In this document: positions 47,580 through 55,629 of the stretch, piece by piece
Numbering within the stretch: position 1 is the stretch's first letter
How the letters are laid out: every line of letters starts with the position of its first letter
NCBI GenBank assembly: GCA_963848845.1
Contig: CAWKFH010000003.1
Span: forward strand, 257,471-321,470
DNA length: 64,000 nt
Direction: 5' to 3'
DNA from: an uncultured Actinomycetota bacterium
Lineage (GTDB): Bacteria; Actinomycetota; Actinomycetes; Propionibacteriales; Propionibacteriaceae
Program-made: the position numbers and the translations under genes
The notes under the pieces: generated by a model
What the model was told of the DNA's origin: nothing
The model's input: the letters and a program-made list of their open reading frames with translations, nothing else
Databases searched by the model: none

Positions 47580-48001
47580 CACTTCCTCCCCCGGAATCGG
47601 TCCACCACGGCCTCGGCACTTGCCTCCACCAGGACCACCCCCGGCCACCCCGGTACCAGCACGTCGCCCAGCGGGACGTCGCAGCTGACGGTTGCGCTCA
47701 CCACCGCCGGCCGACCTGGCTGAGTTGCCAGCGCTGTGACGTCAACCTCGACCCCGAGGCGCAGGCAGCGGAGCCCACCGACGGCGGCCTGGGCCGCGGC
47801 CAGCTCCCGGGCGACCCGCGTGGCACCGCCCGGATCCCGCGCCTGGGATATCCCGCGAGCGGCGGCTCCTGCGGCCTGCTCGACGGTGGCGCGGGCCAGC
47901 CAGGTCCGCGCGCCGCCAACCACAAGGCCGACGAGCAACACCAGCACCGGGACGACCAGGGCGAACTCGACCGCCACCGACCCCCGCTGCTGCCCGGTCA
48001 C
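47579..48001 (-). CDS. TadE-like pilus assembly protein (140 aa; Rv3654c-type by pattern)
   Basis: The N-terminus QRGSVAVEFALVVPVLVLLVGLVVGG is TadE-like. It has a GTGA overlap with the upstream gene. Confidence 0.7.
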   Translation of the reverse strand: MTGQQRGSVAVEFALVVPVLVLLVGLVVGGARTWLARATVEQAAGAAARGISQARDPGGATRVARELAAAQAAVGGLRCLRLGVEVDVTALATQPGRPAVVSATVSCDVPLGDVLVPGWPGVVLVEASAEAVVDRFRGRK

Positions 48002-48357
48002 CGGGTGACCTGTTCCAGCGGCAGGACTGCACGCTCGATGACCAACCCCTGGCCGATGTCGAAGAACAACGGGGCCCGGCCGGAGACGGTAACGACCAGA
48101 TGCCCCTCCTCAGCGGCAAGAGTGATCTCCACCTGTTCCAGCCCGCCCTGGGCAGCGACCCGCCGTCCGGCCTGGCGGGCAGCGGCTTCGGCCGCCGGAC
48201 CGGTCGCCCGCAGGTCGGCCGCGACCGCCGCCGCCTGCGAGGCCACCGTCCTGGAGTGGAGCCACACCCCCAGCTGGACCAGCCCGAGCACCAGCAGCAG
48301 CAGGACGGGGAGGAGGATCGCCCACTGGGTGGATTCGGCCACCCCTCGCTGGTTCAC
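47998..48357 (-). CDS. TadE-like pilus assembly protein (119 aa; Rv3655c-type by pattern)
   Basis: Reads MNQRGVAESTQWAILLPVLLLLVLGLVQLGVWLHSRTVASQAA. It has a GTGA overlap with the small pilin gene upstream. Confidence 0.7.
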   Translation of the reverse strand: MNQRGVAESTQWAILLPVLLLLVLGLVQLGVWLHSRTVASQAAAVAADLRATGPAAEAAARQAGRRVAAQGGLEQVEITLAAEEGHLVVTVSGRAPLFFDIGQGLVIERAVLPLEQVTR

Positions 48358-48530
48358 GGCCGCGGCAGCTTCGCAGTGACGTAGATGGTGACGGCACTGA
48401 TCACGATCAGGGCGACGGCGACCGCCCCGGCGAGCAGGATGGCGTTCTCGGTCGACTGGGAGAGACCCCGCTGATCGCGGGCAGGTGGCGGCGCAACCAG
48501 GACTCCGACCAACAGGTGCAGGATTCTCAT
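48354..48530 (-). CDS. Flp/DUF4244-like small pilin candidate (58 aa), below the ORF-track cutoff
   Basis: My own translation of the minus strand gives MRILHLLVGVLVAPPPARDQRGLSQSTENAILLAGAVAVALIVISAVTIYVTAKLPRP. AAGGAG lies 5 nt upstream of the ATG at 48530. The stop overlaps the next gene's GTG. It occupies the flp position in the tadZ-tadA-tadB-tadC-flp-tadE-tadF order. Confidence 0.6.
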   Translation of the reverse strand: MRILHLLVGVLVAPPPARDQRGLSQSTENAILLAGAVAVALIVISAVTIYVTAKLPRP

Positions 48531-48551
48531 CGGTTCTCCTTGAAGGTGGTT

Positions 48552-49430
48552 TCAGCCGCTGACCAGTCGCAGGATGGGCGGCACGAGAAAGAACAACCCG
48601 AACACCAGGCTCGGGATGACCATGAACAACGACATCCGTTCCGAAACCGAGGCTGCGGCGATCTTCGCTTGCGTGAGGTGGGCGTCCCGTAGTTCCTTGA
48701 CCCGGGCGCGGAGCGCACCGGAGAGCGCTGCGCCGGACTCGTCCAGTGACATCACATCCGCGGCATCAACCAGGGCGGGCAGCTCCAGCTCGAGTCCGAG
48801 CCGGTGGAGTTCTGCAAAGGGCGCGCGCTGCTCGAGCCGGGCGCGTTCGAGCGCGTCCCGGATGGCTACGAACACCGCGATGTCGCTGACCGCTGCCGCC
48901 GATCGCAGCGACTGGCTCCCCGACTGGTTGGCCAGCCGTTCCAGGGTCACCAGGTCGAAGTAGGTCAACAGCGCCTCGGTTGCGTCCGCGCTGAGGTTGC
49001 CCTCGGCGCGGCGCAACAGCAGGTCGGGCAGGAAGAAGCCGGCCAGGCCGAGAACCAGCCCAGCGGCGGCCGGGAGCTCGGGTCCCGACCAGCCGGCGAG
49101 CACCGCGCCCAGGCCGAGGAGTGGCGGCAGCACCAACCCGCCCAGAGCCGTCAGCACCTTGTGCGCGCAGTGGCGATCCACCGACCGGCCCGCCATCCGC
49201 AACCGGCGGAGCGTCTCGGTACCCACCGGTTGCGGCACCCTGGCCCTGACCAGGCCGCCGATCCGGTCGATGCCGGTGCCAGCCGGCTCCGGCGGCGCTG
49301 CCGGCCGACCGTCCAGCAGGTCAAGGGCGTCCGCGAGCCGCGGCTGTACCGGCAGCAGGACGCCGACGAGAGACCACACCCCGAAGGCGACCAGCGACCC
49401 GGCCAGCACTGCGATCAACAGGTTGTTCAC
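48552..49430 (-). CDS. TadC-like platform protein (T2SS F family, 292 aa)
   Basis: GTG 49430 overlaps the tadB2 stop (GTGA). It has TM helices at both ends and a soluble middle. The listed 570-aa ORF is an out-of-context N-terminal extension overlapping tadB2. Confidence 0.7.
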   Translation of the reverse strand: MNNLLIAVLAGSLVAFGVWSLVGVLLPVQPRLADALDLLDGRPAAPPEPAGTGIDRIGGLVRARVPQPVGTETLRRLRMAGRSVDRHCAHKVLTALGGLVLPPLLGLGAVLAGWSGPELPAAAGLVLGLAGFFLPDLLLRRAEGNLSADATEALLTYFDLVTLERLANQSGSQSLRSAAAVSDIAVFVAIRDALERARLEQRAPFAELHRLGLELELPALVDAADVMSLDESGAALSGALRARVKELRDAHLTQAKIAAASVSERMSLFMVIPSLVFGLFFLVPPILRLVSG

Positions 49431-50290
49431 TGGGCCCGCCGCAGGATCCGCTGCCGGGGCCTTGGCAGGGTGAGCCGACGCAGGAGGAGCAACGAACCCA
49501 GGTAGGCCAACACCAGTGCCGTCAGCAGAACCTGCCCGAGACCCGAACCGTAGGGCGCGAAGAAGGACCCGCCGAAGAGCAGCGCCAGGGAGAGCACGAC
49601 CAGGGTGATCACGGTCACCTGCCGTACGACGATCCGGGGCTTGGCCCGCTCGGTCTCGATCTCCCGAAGCGCCCGAAGCCGGTCCTGGATGCTGTCGGCG
49701 AGCGCGGCGAGCGTGGCGGTGGCTCCCGTGCCGCCGCGTTCGGCAGCCAGCGAGAGGGCGGCGATCACGGCGTCCGCGTCGGCGCTGTCCAGTTCGTCGG
49801 CCAGGTTCAGGAGTGCCTGGCCAACGGTCCAGCGGTCGTCCAGCCGTACGATCAGCAGCCGCAGGCTCGGGGCCAGCAGAGCCGGAGCCTGGCCGACCGA
49901 GACCCGGATCGCATCCGTGATCGAGCGTCCGGTAGGCAACAGCGAGCTCAGGGTACGAATCCAGCGGTCGAGGGCTTCCAGCACGGCCACGTCGCGGTTG
50001 GACGGTGCCGAAAGCACCATCGGCAGCCCGAAGGTCACGATCGGGACCAGCACGGCGAGCAGCGGCCAGCCGACGAGGGCAGCCGTCACCAGCCCGGCGG
50101 CAAGGGCGAGAGCCAGCTGCCACCACCGCCTCCGGATGGCCCTGCCAGTGCCGCTGTCCACAAGCTTCCTCCACAGGCTTGTGGATGACGCGGTCGCGTT
50201 GGGAGGCGGGCTGTGGAAACCGGCGACGATCGCGATCCCTCCGCCGACGATCAGCACGCCGCAAACCGCAGCCAACAGGTTGCCCATCAC
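49427..50290 (-). CDS. TadB-like platform protein (T2SS F family, 287 aa)
   Basis: The N-terminal TM helix is LLAAVCGVLIVGGGIAIVAG. A soluble domain and C-terminal TM helices (VTVITLVVLSLALLFGG, LLTALVLAYLGSLLLL) follow. It has a GTGA overlap with the ATPase stop. Confidence 0.7.
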   Translation of the reverse strand: MMGNLLAAVCGVLIVGGGIAIVAGFHSPPPNATASSTSLWRKLVDSGTGRAIRRRWWQLALALAAGLVTAALVGWPLLAVLVPIVTFGLPMVLSAPSNRDVAVLEALDRWIRTLSSLLPTGRSITDAIRVSVGQAPALLAPSLRLLIVRLDDRWTVGQALLNLADELDSADADAVIAALSLAAERGGTGATATLAALADSIQDRLRALREIETERAKPRIVVRQVTVITLVVLSLALLFGGSFFAPYGSGLGQVLLTALVLAYLGSLLLLRRLTLPRPRQRILRRAQ

Positions 50291-51678
50291 GCCTCCCAGG
50301 CCGGGTTGAACTGGGCCAGCTCGGTCAGCAGGCCGGCTTCCGGACTGAAGTACTCCTCGCCGGCGGGATCTGAACGGTAGGTCAGGTGCGTGACCGGGCG
50401 ACCGCCCTCCAGCCCGCCGGTCAGCTGCCGGATCTCGGCTACGGCACGGGTCCGCAGCCCGCCGCGCCAGGTGTCGTCGACCAGCCGGACGTGGATCAGC
50501 AGGTGAATGTGGTGGGCGATCTGGCGGTACGCCTCATCCACGGTCAGCACCCCGCCCTGGGCTACCCGGGATGCGAGCCGGTCCATCGTGGAGGCGGCCG
50601 AGTGCGAGTGGGTGGTGGAAAGGGTCCCGGCACCAGCTGTCATCGCCTCGAACATGGCGCCCGCCTCACCTCCCCTGACCTCCCCGACGATCAATCTGGA
50701 GAGGTTCTGCCGGAGGGCCTCCGGGATCAGGTCGGCAACGCTGAACTCGCCGATGCGGCGACCGTCCTGCATCTCGCCCATGCCGACCCTCGCCTGCAGC
50801 GCCAGCATGTTCCGCCGCAGCGGCTGCAGGTGGGTCAGCAGTTCATAGTCGGTCTCGAGGGTCCCGAACCGCTCGTTCTCCGGGATCGCGGCGATCAAGG
50901 CACGGAGAAGGGTGGTCTTGCCCGCCCCCTGATCGCCCGAGATCACCATCGACTTGCGGGCCAGAACGGCCGCGTGCAGGAACCGCGCCACCTCGACCGG
51001 CATCGTTCCGCCCGCAGCGAGCTGACGCAGCGTCACGTCGGTCAGCGTGTGCTGGCGGATGGTTACCGACGGGCGGTAGCTGAGCCCGAAACCGATCGCA
51101 TGCAGCCGGAACCGATCGCCGAGCGCAAGGGTCATCATCGGGTGGGCGTCGTCGAACGGACGGGCCGGCGACACCGACTCACCAAGGAAGCGGATCGCCT
51201 CGACGAGCTCGACATCGGAGTCGGCAACGGCCGGTTGCGCCTCGCGCCGCCCGTCCCCGTACTGCACGACAACCGAGTCGAACCCGTGGATCTCGATGTT
51301 TTCGGCTCCCGGGATCTCGAACAGGGGCTGCAGGCGACCGAAGCCGAAGATGGCGTTCTCCACCGCCTGGGAGTAGGCCCGCTCCACCGGCATCGACCAG
51401 AGTGCCTCCCCGTTGCTGCTCAGCGCGTCCACGTGCTCGCGTACCACCGTCGCGATGATCGACCGGCCCAGGAGCAGGCGATCCACGTCAGTCTTCGGCC
51501 CGGGATGCTCGGCGAGCGCAGCCGTGATCCGCTCGGACGCCCGCCTTCGCAGCGTGACCACCAACGGCCAGTCGACGGCAGGGCCGTCGGGCCAGGTCTC
51601 GATCAGGCGCCCGCGACCGAAGCTGGTCTCCAGTGTCTCCGCCCCGGCCAGCAGGCCCACCTCGGCGAGCCGCTTCAC
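50287..51678 (-). CDS. CpaF/TadA-family secretion ATPase of tad-2 (463 aa)
   Basis: Contains GFGRLQPLFEIPGAENIEIHGFDSVVVQY, Walker A ISGDQGAGKTTLLRAL, and RLIVGEVRGGEAGAMFEAMTAGAGTLSTTHS. Confidence 0.8.
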   Translation of the reverse strand: MKRLAEVGLLAGAETLETSFGRGRLIETWPDGPAVDWPLVVTLRRRASERITAALAEHPGPKTDVDRLLLGRSIIATVVREHVDALSSNGEALWSMPVERAYSQAVENAIFGFGRLQPLFEIPGAENIEIHGFDSVVVQYGDGRREAQPAVADSDVELVEAIRFLGESVSPARPFDDAHPMMTLALGDRFRLHAIGFGLSYRPSVTIRQHTLTDVTLRQLAAGGTMPVEVARFLHAAVLARKSMVISGDQGAGKTTLLRALIAAIPENERFGTLETDYELLTHLQPLRRNMLALQARVGMGEMQDGRRIGEFSVADLIPEALRQNLSRLIVGEVRGGEAGAMFEAMTAGAGTLSTTHSHSAASTMDRLASRVAQGGVLTVDEAYRQIAHHIHLLIHVRLVDDTWRGGLRTRAVAEIRQLTGGLEGGRPVTHLTYRSDPAGEEYFSPEAGLLTELAQFNPAWEA

Positions 51679-52436
51679 CGCGGTGCCCCGATCAGGCTGC
51701 GCCGACCGGCTGAGCGCTCGGCGAGCTGCTTGCCGAGCGACCGGACGTCGTCGAGGTAGGCGCTGGTTCGCAGCCGGCGCGGCTCACGCTCCCCGGCGGC
51801 GAACACGGCCGCCTCGTTCGGCTGCCAGGCGATCTTGGCCCAGACGGGCACGCCGAACTGGTGCCCGATTTCACCGGAGCCGTACGGTCGGCCGGGTCCG
51901 GTGACGATCAGGCCCACCCGTTCCTCGCCGGCGGCGGCCACCACCTGGGGAAGGTAGAGCCGCAGGGCGGCCAGGTCGACCAGGCGGCTGCCGGTGACCA
52001 CGCCGATCCCACTGCTCACGTTCACCAGGGCTGCAGGGAGCCCGTCCGGGGTCACTCGGCCCGCGTCGACCAGCACTGTCCGGCCATAGCCTTCGAGCGC
52101 AGTTGCCAGCTCCGGCCACACCGGGTTGAACAGGGTCACCATGCCCGGGTGGGAGAAGCCGGGCAGGAAGTCGTGTGCCTCCGCCTCGTCCAATGGAATG
52201 GACAATGCCGCGATGATTGCCGCCAACGGTCGCCGTTCCCGGTGCGCCTGCAGCACACCGCCAAGTCCCCGCCCGGCCGGGTCGGCACCCTGCAGGTAGC
52301 CGGCCAGCACAGACTGGTCGGGTTCGGTGTTCGCATCGACGAGCAGAACCGGTTCGGGCCAGGTGACCGCCAAGGCCACCGCGAGGCTGGTCACCCCAGG
52401 GGAGTGGCCGGCGCTGGTCAGCAGCAGGACGCTCAT
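51675..52436 (-). CDS. ParA/MinD-like (TadZ-position) protein with a degenerate P-loop, 253 aa
   Basis: ATG 52436 shares an ATGA overlap with the SAF gene. It reads MSVLLLTSAGHSPGVTSLAVALAV where a Walker A KGGxGKT would be. The listed 432-aa ORF carries a 179-codon Arg/Gly junk extension. Confidence 0.6.
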   Translation of the reverse strand: MSVLLLTSAGHSPGVTSLAVALAVTWPEPVLLVDANTEPDQSVLAGYLQGADPAGRGLGGVLQAHRERRPLAAIIAALSIPLDEAEAHDFLPGFSHPGMVTLFNPVWPELATALEGYGRTVLVDAGRVTPDGLPAALVNVSSGIGVVTGSRLVDLAALRLYLPQVVAAAGEERVGLIVTGPGRPYGSGEIGHQFGVPVWAKIAWQPNEAAVFAAGEREPRRLRTSAYLDDVRSLGKQLAERSAGRRSLIGAPR

Positions 52437-53053
52437 CGCTGGCCCCCGGCCAGCCGCACCAACACGAGCTGGTCGGCTGCCGCCAGCCGCGCCACCCGCT
52501 CGCCCTCGGCCGCAGCCACGGCGACGTCCACCGCGGCAGCCCCGTCCGGCAGGGTCGTGGCCGTCGTGGCGATTCGGCCGGTGACGCTGGCGCCGGCCGG
52601 CGGCTCGCCTCCATCGCGGCCGACCGGCACGAGCAGCACCTCGGTCCCCGGTGGCATCGGTGCCGCCGGCAGCCGCCCGGCCGCCAGCCGCAGGCCCAGC
52701 CGGACGCTGCCGAGTTCGACCGGCGGCTGGCCGTAGGAGCGGGGGCTGAGCAGGCCGCCCTCGCCGAGGTCGATCAGGGCGGTGCGGCCGACCACCTCGT
52801 CCAGCTGCGCGGACGACACCGTCTCCACCCCGACCGCGGGAACCGCTGACGTGACGCCGAGGTCGGCAGCCGTGATCACCTGGTCGCGATACACCGTCCG
52901 CTTCACTGTGAGCACCGACTGGGCGCTGCTCAGGTTTCCGTAGAGCAGGGCCGCGCCCAGCCCACCGAGACACACGGCCAGCACACCTACCGCCATCCAG
53001 CGCAGGTTCCGCCGGGTGCGCACCGGGCTAGCGCCCAACCTCTCCGCGGCCAT
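52433..53053 (-). CDS. SAF-domain / CpaB-like protein, first gene of tad-2 (206 aa)
   Basis: The TM helix is WMAVGVLAVCLGGLGAALLY. A SAF-like segment follows: VLTVKRTVYRDQVITAADLG...LIDLGEGGLL. GGAGG RBS precedes the ATG at 53053. Confidence 0.7.
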   Translation of the reverse strand: MAAERLGASPVRTRRNLRWMAVGVLAVCLGGLGAALLYGNLSSAQSVLTVKRTVYRDQVITAADLGVTSAVPAVGVETVSSAQLDEVVGRTALIDLGEGGLLSPRSYGQPPVELGSVRLGLRLAAGRLPAAPMPPGTEVLLVPVGRDGGEPPAGASVTGRIATTATTLPDGAAAVDVAVAAAEGERVARLAAADQLVLVRLAGGQR

Positions 53054-53301
53054 CAGCCGACCCCCTCCCGCCGGGGCGGCTGGACCTCGGGGTGGAGCGC
53101 AGCGACCAGTCCGGCGGTGCAGGGATCGTAGGCGAGCAACCCGACCGATTCCTAGAGCGCATTCGTACCCTGTGGAGAACTCGTGAACCCATCCACAACC
53201 GCCGGGCCATCCCCCGGGGCCGTGGTCATTGTCCTGACACCTGCTTGTCCTGTGGCGGCCACGTTGGTGGCACTAGGGTGTTCATCGTGAACGTAGAGGC
53301 G

Positions 53302-53820
53302 ATGGCCGCCCAGTATCACGACCTGGTCGTGACAGCTTGCGAGTGGCGGGCGATGGGTGTGGCTGACCCCCATGAGATGGCCGCCCAGGTATTCGACCTG
53401 CTCGACGAACGCCGCGACCACAACCTGCAGGACCTCTACCGGGCGATCGACCGAGTGGTGTTCGCCAGCTATCAGCACTATTCCGACGGCATCAACCTGC
53501 TCCAGCGGTTGCAGTTGGGCACCATGCTCGGACGGACAGCCCCCAGGACCCCCGCCGACGAGTTCCTCAAGGCCCTCAGCAACCTGCGAGGTCGCGACCG
53601 CCAGCTGCTGCAGTTGCGCTTCTGGGACGAGCTGGACGAGACCGAGGCCGCCGAGGTGCTCGACATCAGCATCGAAGAGGTCCGCCGGCGCCTGGCGAAG
53701 GCTGGAATGCGATACCTGAACAAGCTCCTTCGCAGCCATCCCGACCTGGCGATCAGCGACGTGATCGACACGATCGCCAGCATCAAGCCCGGCATCTATC
53801 GCCGCTACGGGTCCATCTAG
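53302..53820 (+). CDS. Sigma-70-family (ECF-like) sigma factor, divergent from tad-2 (~172 aa; start uncertain, alternative GTG 53287)
   Basis: Region 4 HTH is clear: RDRQLLQLRFWDELDETEAAEVLDISIEEVRRRLAKAGMRYL. The region 2 equivalent is weak. The upstream part of ORF 53092.. looks non-coding. Confidence 0.6.
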   Translation: MAAQYHDLVVTACEWRAMGVADPHEMAAQVFDLLDERRDHNLQDLYRAIDRVVFASYQHYSDGINLLQRLQLGTMLGRTAPRTPADEFLKALSNLRGRDRQLLQLRFWDELDETEAAEVLDISIEEVRRRLAKAGMRYLNKLLRSHPDLAISDVIDTIASIKPGIYRRYGSI

Positions 53821-53904
53821 GCCCAATGGGCGAGCCGTTTCCCGTCCGCCGGGGCGCGACCCGCCCAGTTTCGGCCGAAGGGCTCGTTGCGGTTCCGGTT
53901 TGCG

Positions 53905-54816
53905 TCAGTTCAACAGCAGGTACAGCGCCGGCATCGCGATCATCCCGATCACCAGGGTCACCGACGTCATGAACGCCGACAGCTCGACGTCCAGCCCGGC
54001 CCTGCCGATGAACCCGGGCACCATGGCCGCGATCGGCGCGAACAGCAGCATCACCAGCACCAGCCGGGCTTCGACCGGCAGCGGCAAGAGCGTCCAGCAG
54101 GCCACGGCGACCACGATCGAGAAGGCGTAGCGGACGGCAAGGAGCCGCGCGGCGGCTGCGTACTTCGAGCGGTGCAGCTTCAGTTCGAGGCCGATCCCGA
54201 TCATCAGCATCGCCAGGAACGGGTTCGCTGCCCCGACGATGCTGGTGAAGGTGATCAGCAGGTCCGGCAGCCGCAGGTCCAACAGCTTCAGCAGCAGCAG
54301 CACGACGTATGTCACGAAGACCGGGGACCGGGCGAGCGTCCGCCCGGTGTTGCGCCAGCGGTGACTGCCCGGTTCACCGGCCAGCGCCATCCCCCAGCCG
54401 TAGCCGACCCCGGCCGAGGCGACAGCGTTGCCGATGTCGAACAGCGAGGAGTAGATCATCGCCTGCGGCCCCATGAATCCCGACAGGTACGGAGTGGCGA
54501 AGGCGCCGATGTTGTAGGTGCCGGAGTTGAACACAGCGAACGCCTGCTCCCGTCGTCCCCGGCGGGCAGCGACCAGGTACCCGATGCCCTGCTGGACGAC
54601 GGTCACGAGCAGGCCGAGCGCGGTCAGCCCGAGCAGGGCCCGGTCGAGGTGATAGTCGTTGAAGCTGGTCAGCAGGGCACACGGCAGCGTTACCCCGAGT
54701 ACCAGTCGTGCGAACAGCCCGAAGTCGGCCTTGGTCACCCAGCCGAGGCGCTTGATCCCAAGGCCGATGCCGACGATCGCCACCAGCGAGAGGGCCCGCG
54801 CAGCGATCTCCAGCAT
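53905..54816 (-). CDS. AEC-family (auxin efflux carrier-type) transporter
   Basis: A polytopic protein reading MLEIAARALSLVAIVGIGLGIKRLG...VLGVTLPCALLTSF.... The ORF-track start at 54825 is TTG, so ATG 54816 is preferred. Confidence 0.7.
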   Translation of the reverse strand: MLEIAARALSLVAIVGIGLGIKRLGWVTKADFGLFARLVLGVTLPCALLTSFNDYHLDRALLGLTALGLLVTVVQQGIGYLVAARRGRREQAFAVFNSGTYNIGAFATPYLSGFMGPQAMIYSSLFDIGNAVASAGVGYGWGMALAGEPGSHRWRNTGRTLARSPVFVTYVVLLLLKLLDLRLPDLLITFTSIVGAANPFLAMLMIGIGLELKLHRSKYAAAARLLAVRYAFSIVVAVACWTLLPLPVEARLVLVMLLFAPIAAMVPGFIGRAGLDVELSAFMTSVTLVIGMIAMPALYLLLN

Positions 54817-54863
54817 GGCTGGCAACCTACCCGCGTGGCCGTCCCGCGCCGACCTGGCGGGCC

Positions 54864-54932
54864 AAAGTGGACCGAACCCGCCGACTGCGGCGGTTTGAGT
54901 CCACTTTGCGTGAATGGGTGGGTGGGTGGGGC
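54864..54932. repeat. Second, inverted copy of the REP-like element (hairpin plus (TGGG)n tract)
   Basis: AAAGTGGAC-cgaa-CCCGCCG-actg-CGGCGG-tttga-GTCCACTTTGCG-TGAATGGGTGGGTGGGTGGGG. Its reverse complement aligns with 36797-36871. Confidence 0.6.
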
Positions 54933-54954
54933 TGCGAGGATCAGACGCCGAGGA

Positions 54955-55563
54955 TCAGTCGAAGATCGGGTCGACCGTACGGGTGCGCTTGAGTTCGAAG
55001 AAGCCGGGGTAGGCGAGCACGTTGACGAAGCCGTCCCACAGGCGCCCGGCCTCCTCGCCGTTCGGGGCCGGCGACATCACCGGACCGAACAGGCTCATCC
55101 CCGCCACCCTGATCACCGGGGTGCCCACCTCGTCACCGACGGCGGCTGTCACCTCGGCCTGAACGGCCCGCAGGGCGCCGTCGTTGGCGTCGGTCTCACC
55201 GGCGTCCGCCAGGGCCACCGGCAGGCCCACCTCGGCGAGCGCGGCCTCGTGGGTGGCTCTGGAGTTCGGCTCCTCACCAAGGTGGATGCGGGTGCCGAGC
55301 GCCGTGTAGAAATCGGCGAGCTTGTCCGGGTGTTGTTCGGCGACCGCCAGGCTGACCCGAGCCCCTCCCCAGGCGTTGTCCATGGTTCTGCGGTAGGACG
55401 GCGAAAGGTCCCGGCCCTCGTTGAGCACCGAAAGGCTCATTACGTGGAATTGCACGTCCACTTCGCGGACCTTCGCGACCTCAAGCGCCCAGCGCGAAGT
55501 CATCCAGGCCCATGGGCAGAGCGGGTCGAACCACAGGTCAAGGGTCTTTCGATCAACGGTCAC
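54955..55563 (-). CDS. DsbA-like thioredoxin-fold protein (202 aa)
   Basis: GTG 55563 (VTVDRKTLDLWFDPLCPWAWMTSRW) carries a CPWA redox-type motif at the start of helix 1. The upstream 63 codons are junk. Confidence 0.7.
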   Translation of the reverse strand: MTVDRKTLDLWFDPLCPWAWMTSRWALEVAKVREVDVQFHVMSLSVLNEGRDLSPSYRRTMDNAWGGARVSLAVAEQHPDKLADFYTALGTRIHLGEEPNSRATHEAALAEVGLPVALADAGETDANDGALRAVQAEVTAAVGDEVGTPVIRVAGMSLFGPVMSPAPNGEEAGRLWDGFVNVLAYPGFFELKRTRTVDPIFD

Positions 55564-55629
55564 CTTGGCGAGTCTAGGTCGGTTGTGGGACCGGCCGGGC
55601 GCGCCAGCCCCGCCAGCTAACCTCGGACG

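Noticed and set aside
47995-48010. The perfect inverted repeat GGTCACC-G-GGTGACC, considered as another copy of the tad-1 motif
   Set aside because: It lies at the GTGA stop/start overlap of two TadE-like genes and is explained by the coding sequence (..QVTR* / MTGQ..). It lacks the TGTCC half-site.
48552-50264. The 570-aa and 432-aa ORFs (48552..50264 and 51675..52973), and the 5' extensions of 17404..19131, 29805..31247, 33647..35011, 39680..41557 and 54955..55752
   Set aside because: The N-terminal parts are Arg/Gly/Pro junk overlapping the upstream gene. Internal ATG or GTG starts coincide exactly with ATGA/GTGA overlaps or good RBS sequences, and with the onset of recognisable protein sequence.
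50287-51678. tad-2 as a conjugative type IV secretion or ICE module (VirB11/TrbB-like ATPase)
   Set aside because: No relaxase, coupling protein, VirB4, integrase or repeat boundaries are present. The neighbours are TadB/TadC platform proteins, a Flp-like pilin and TadE-like pseudopilins, so a Tad-type assignment fits better.
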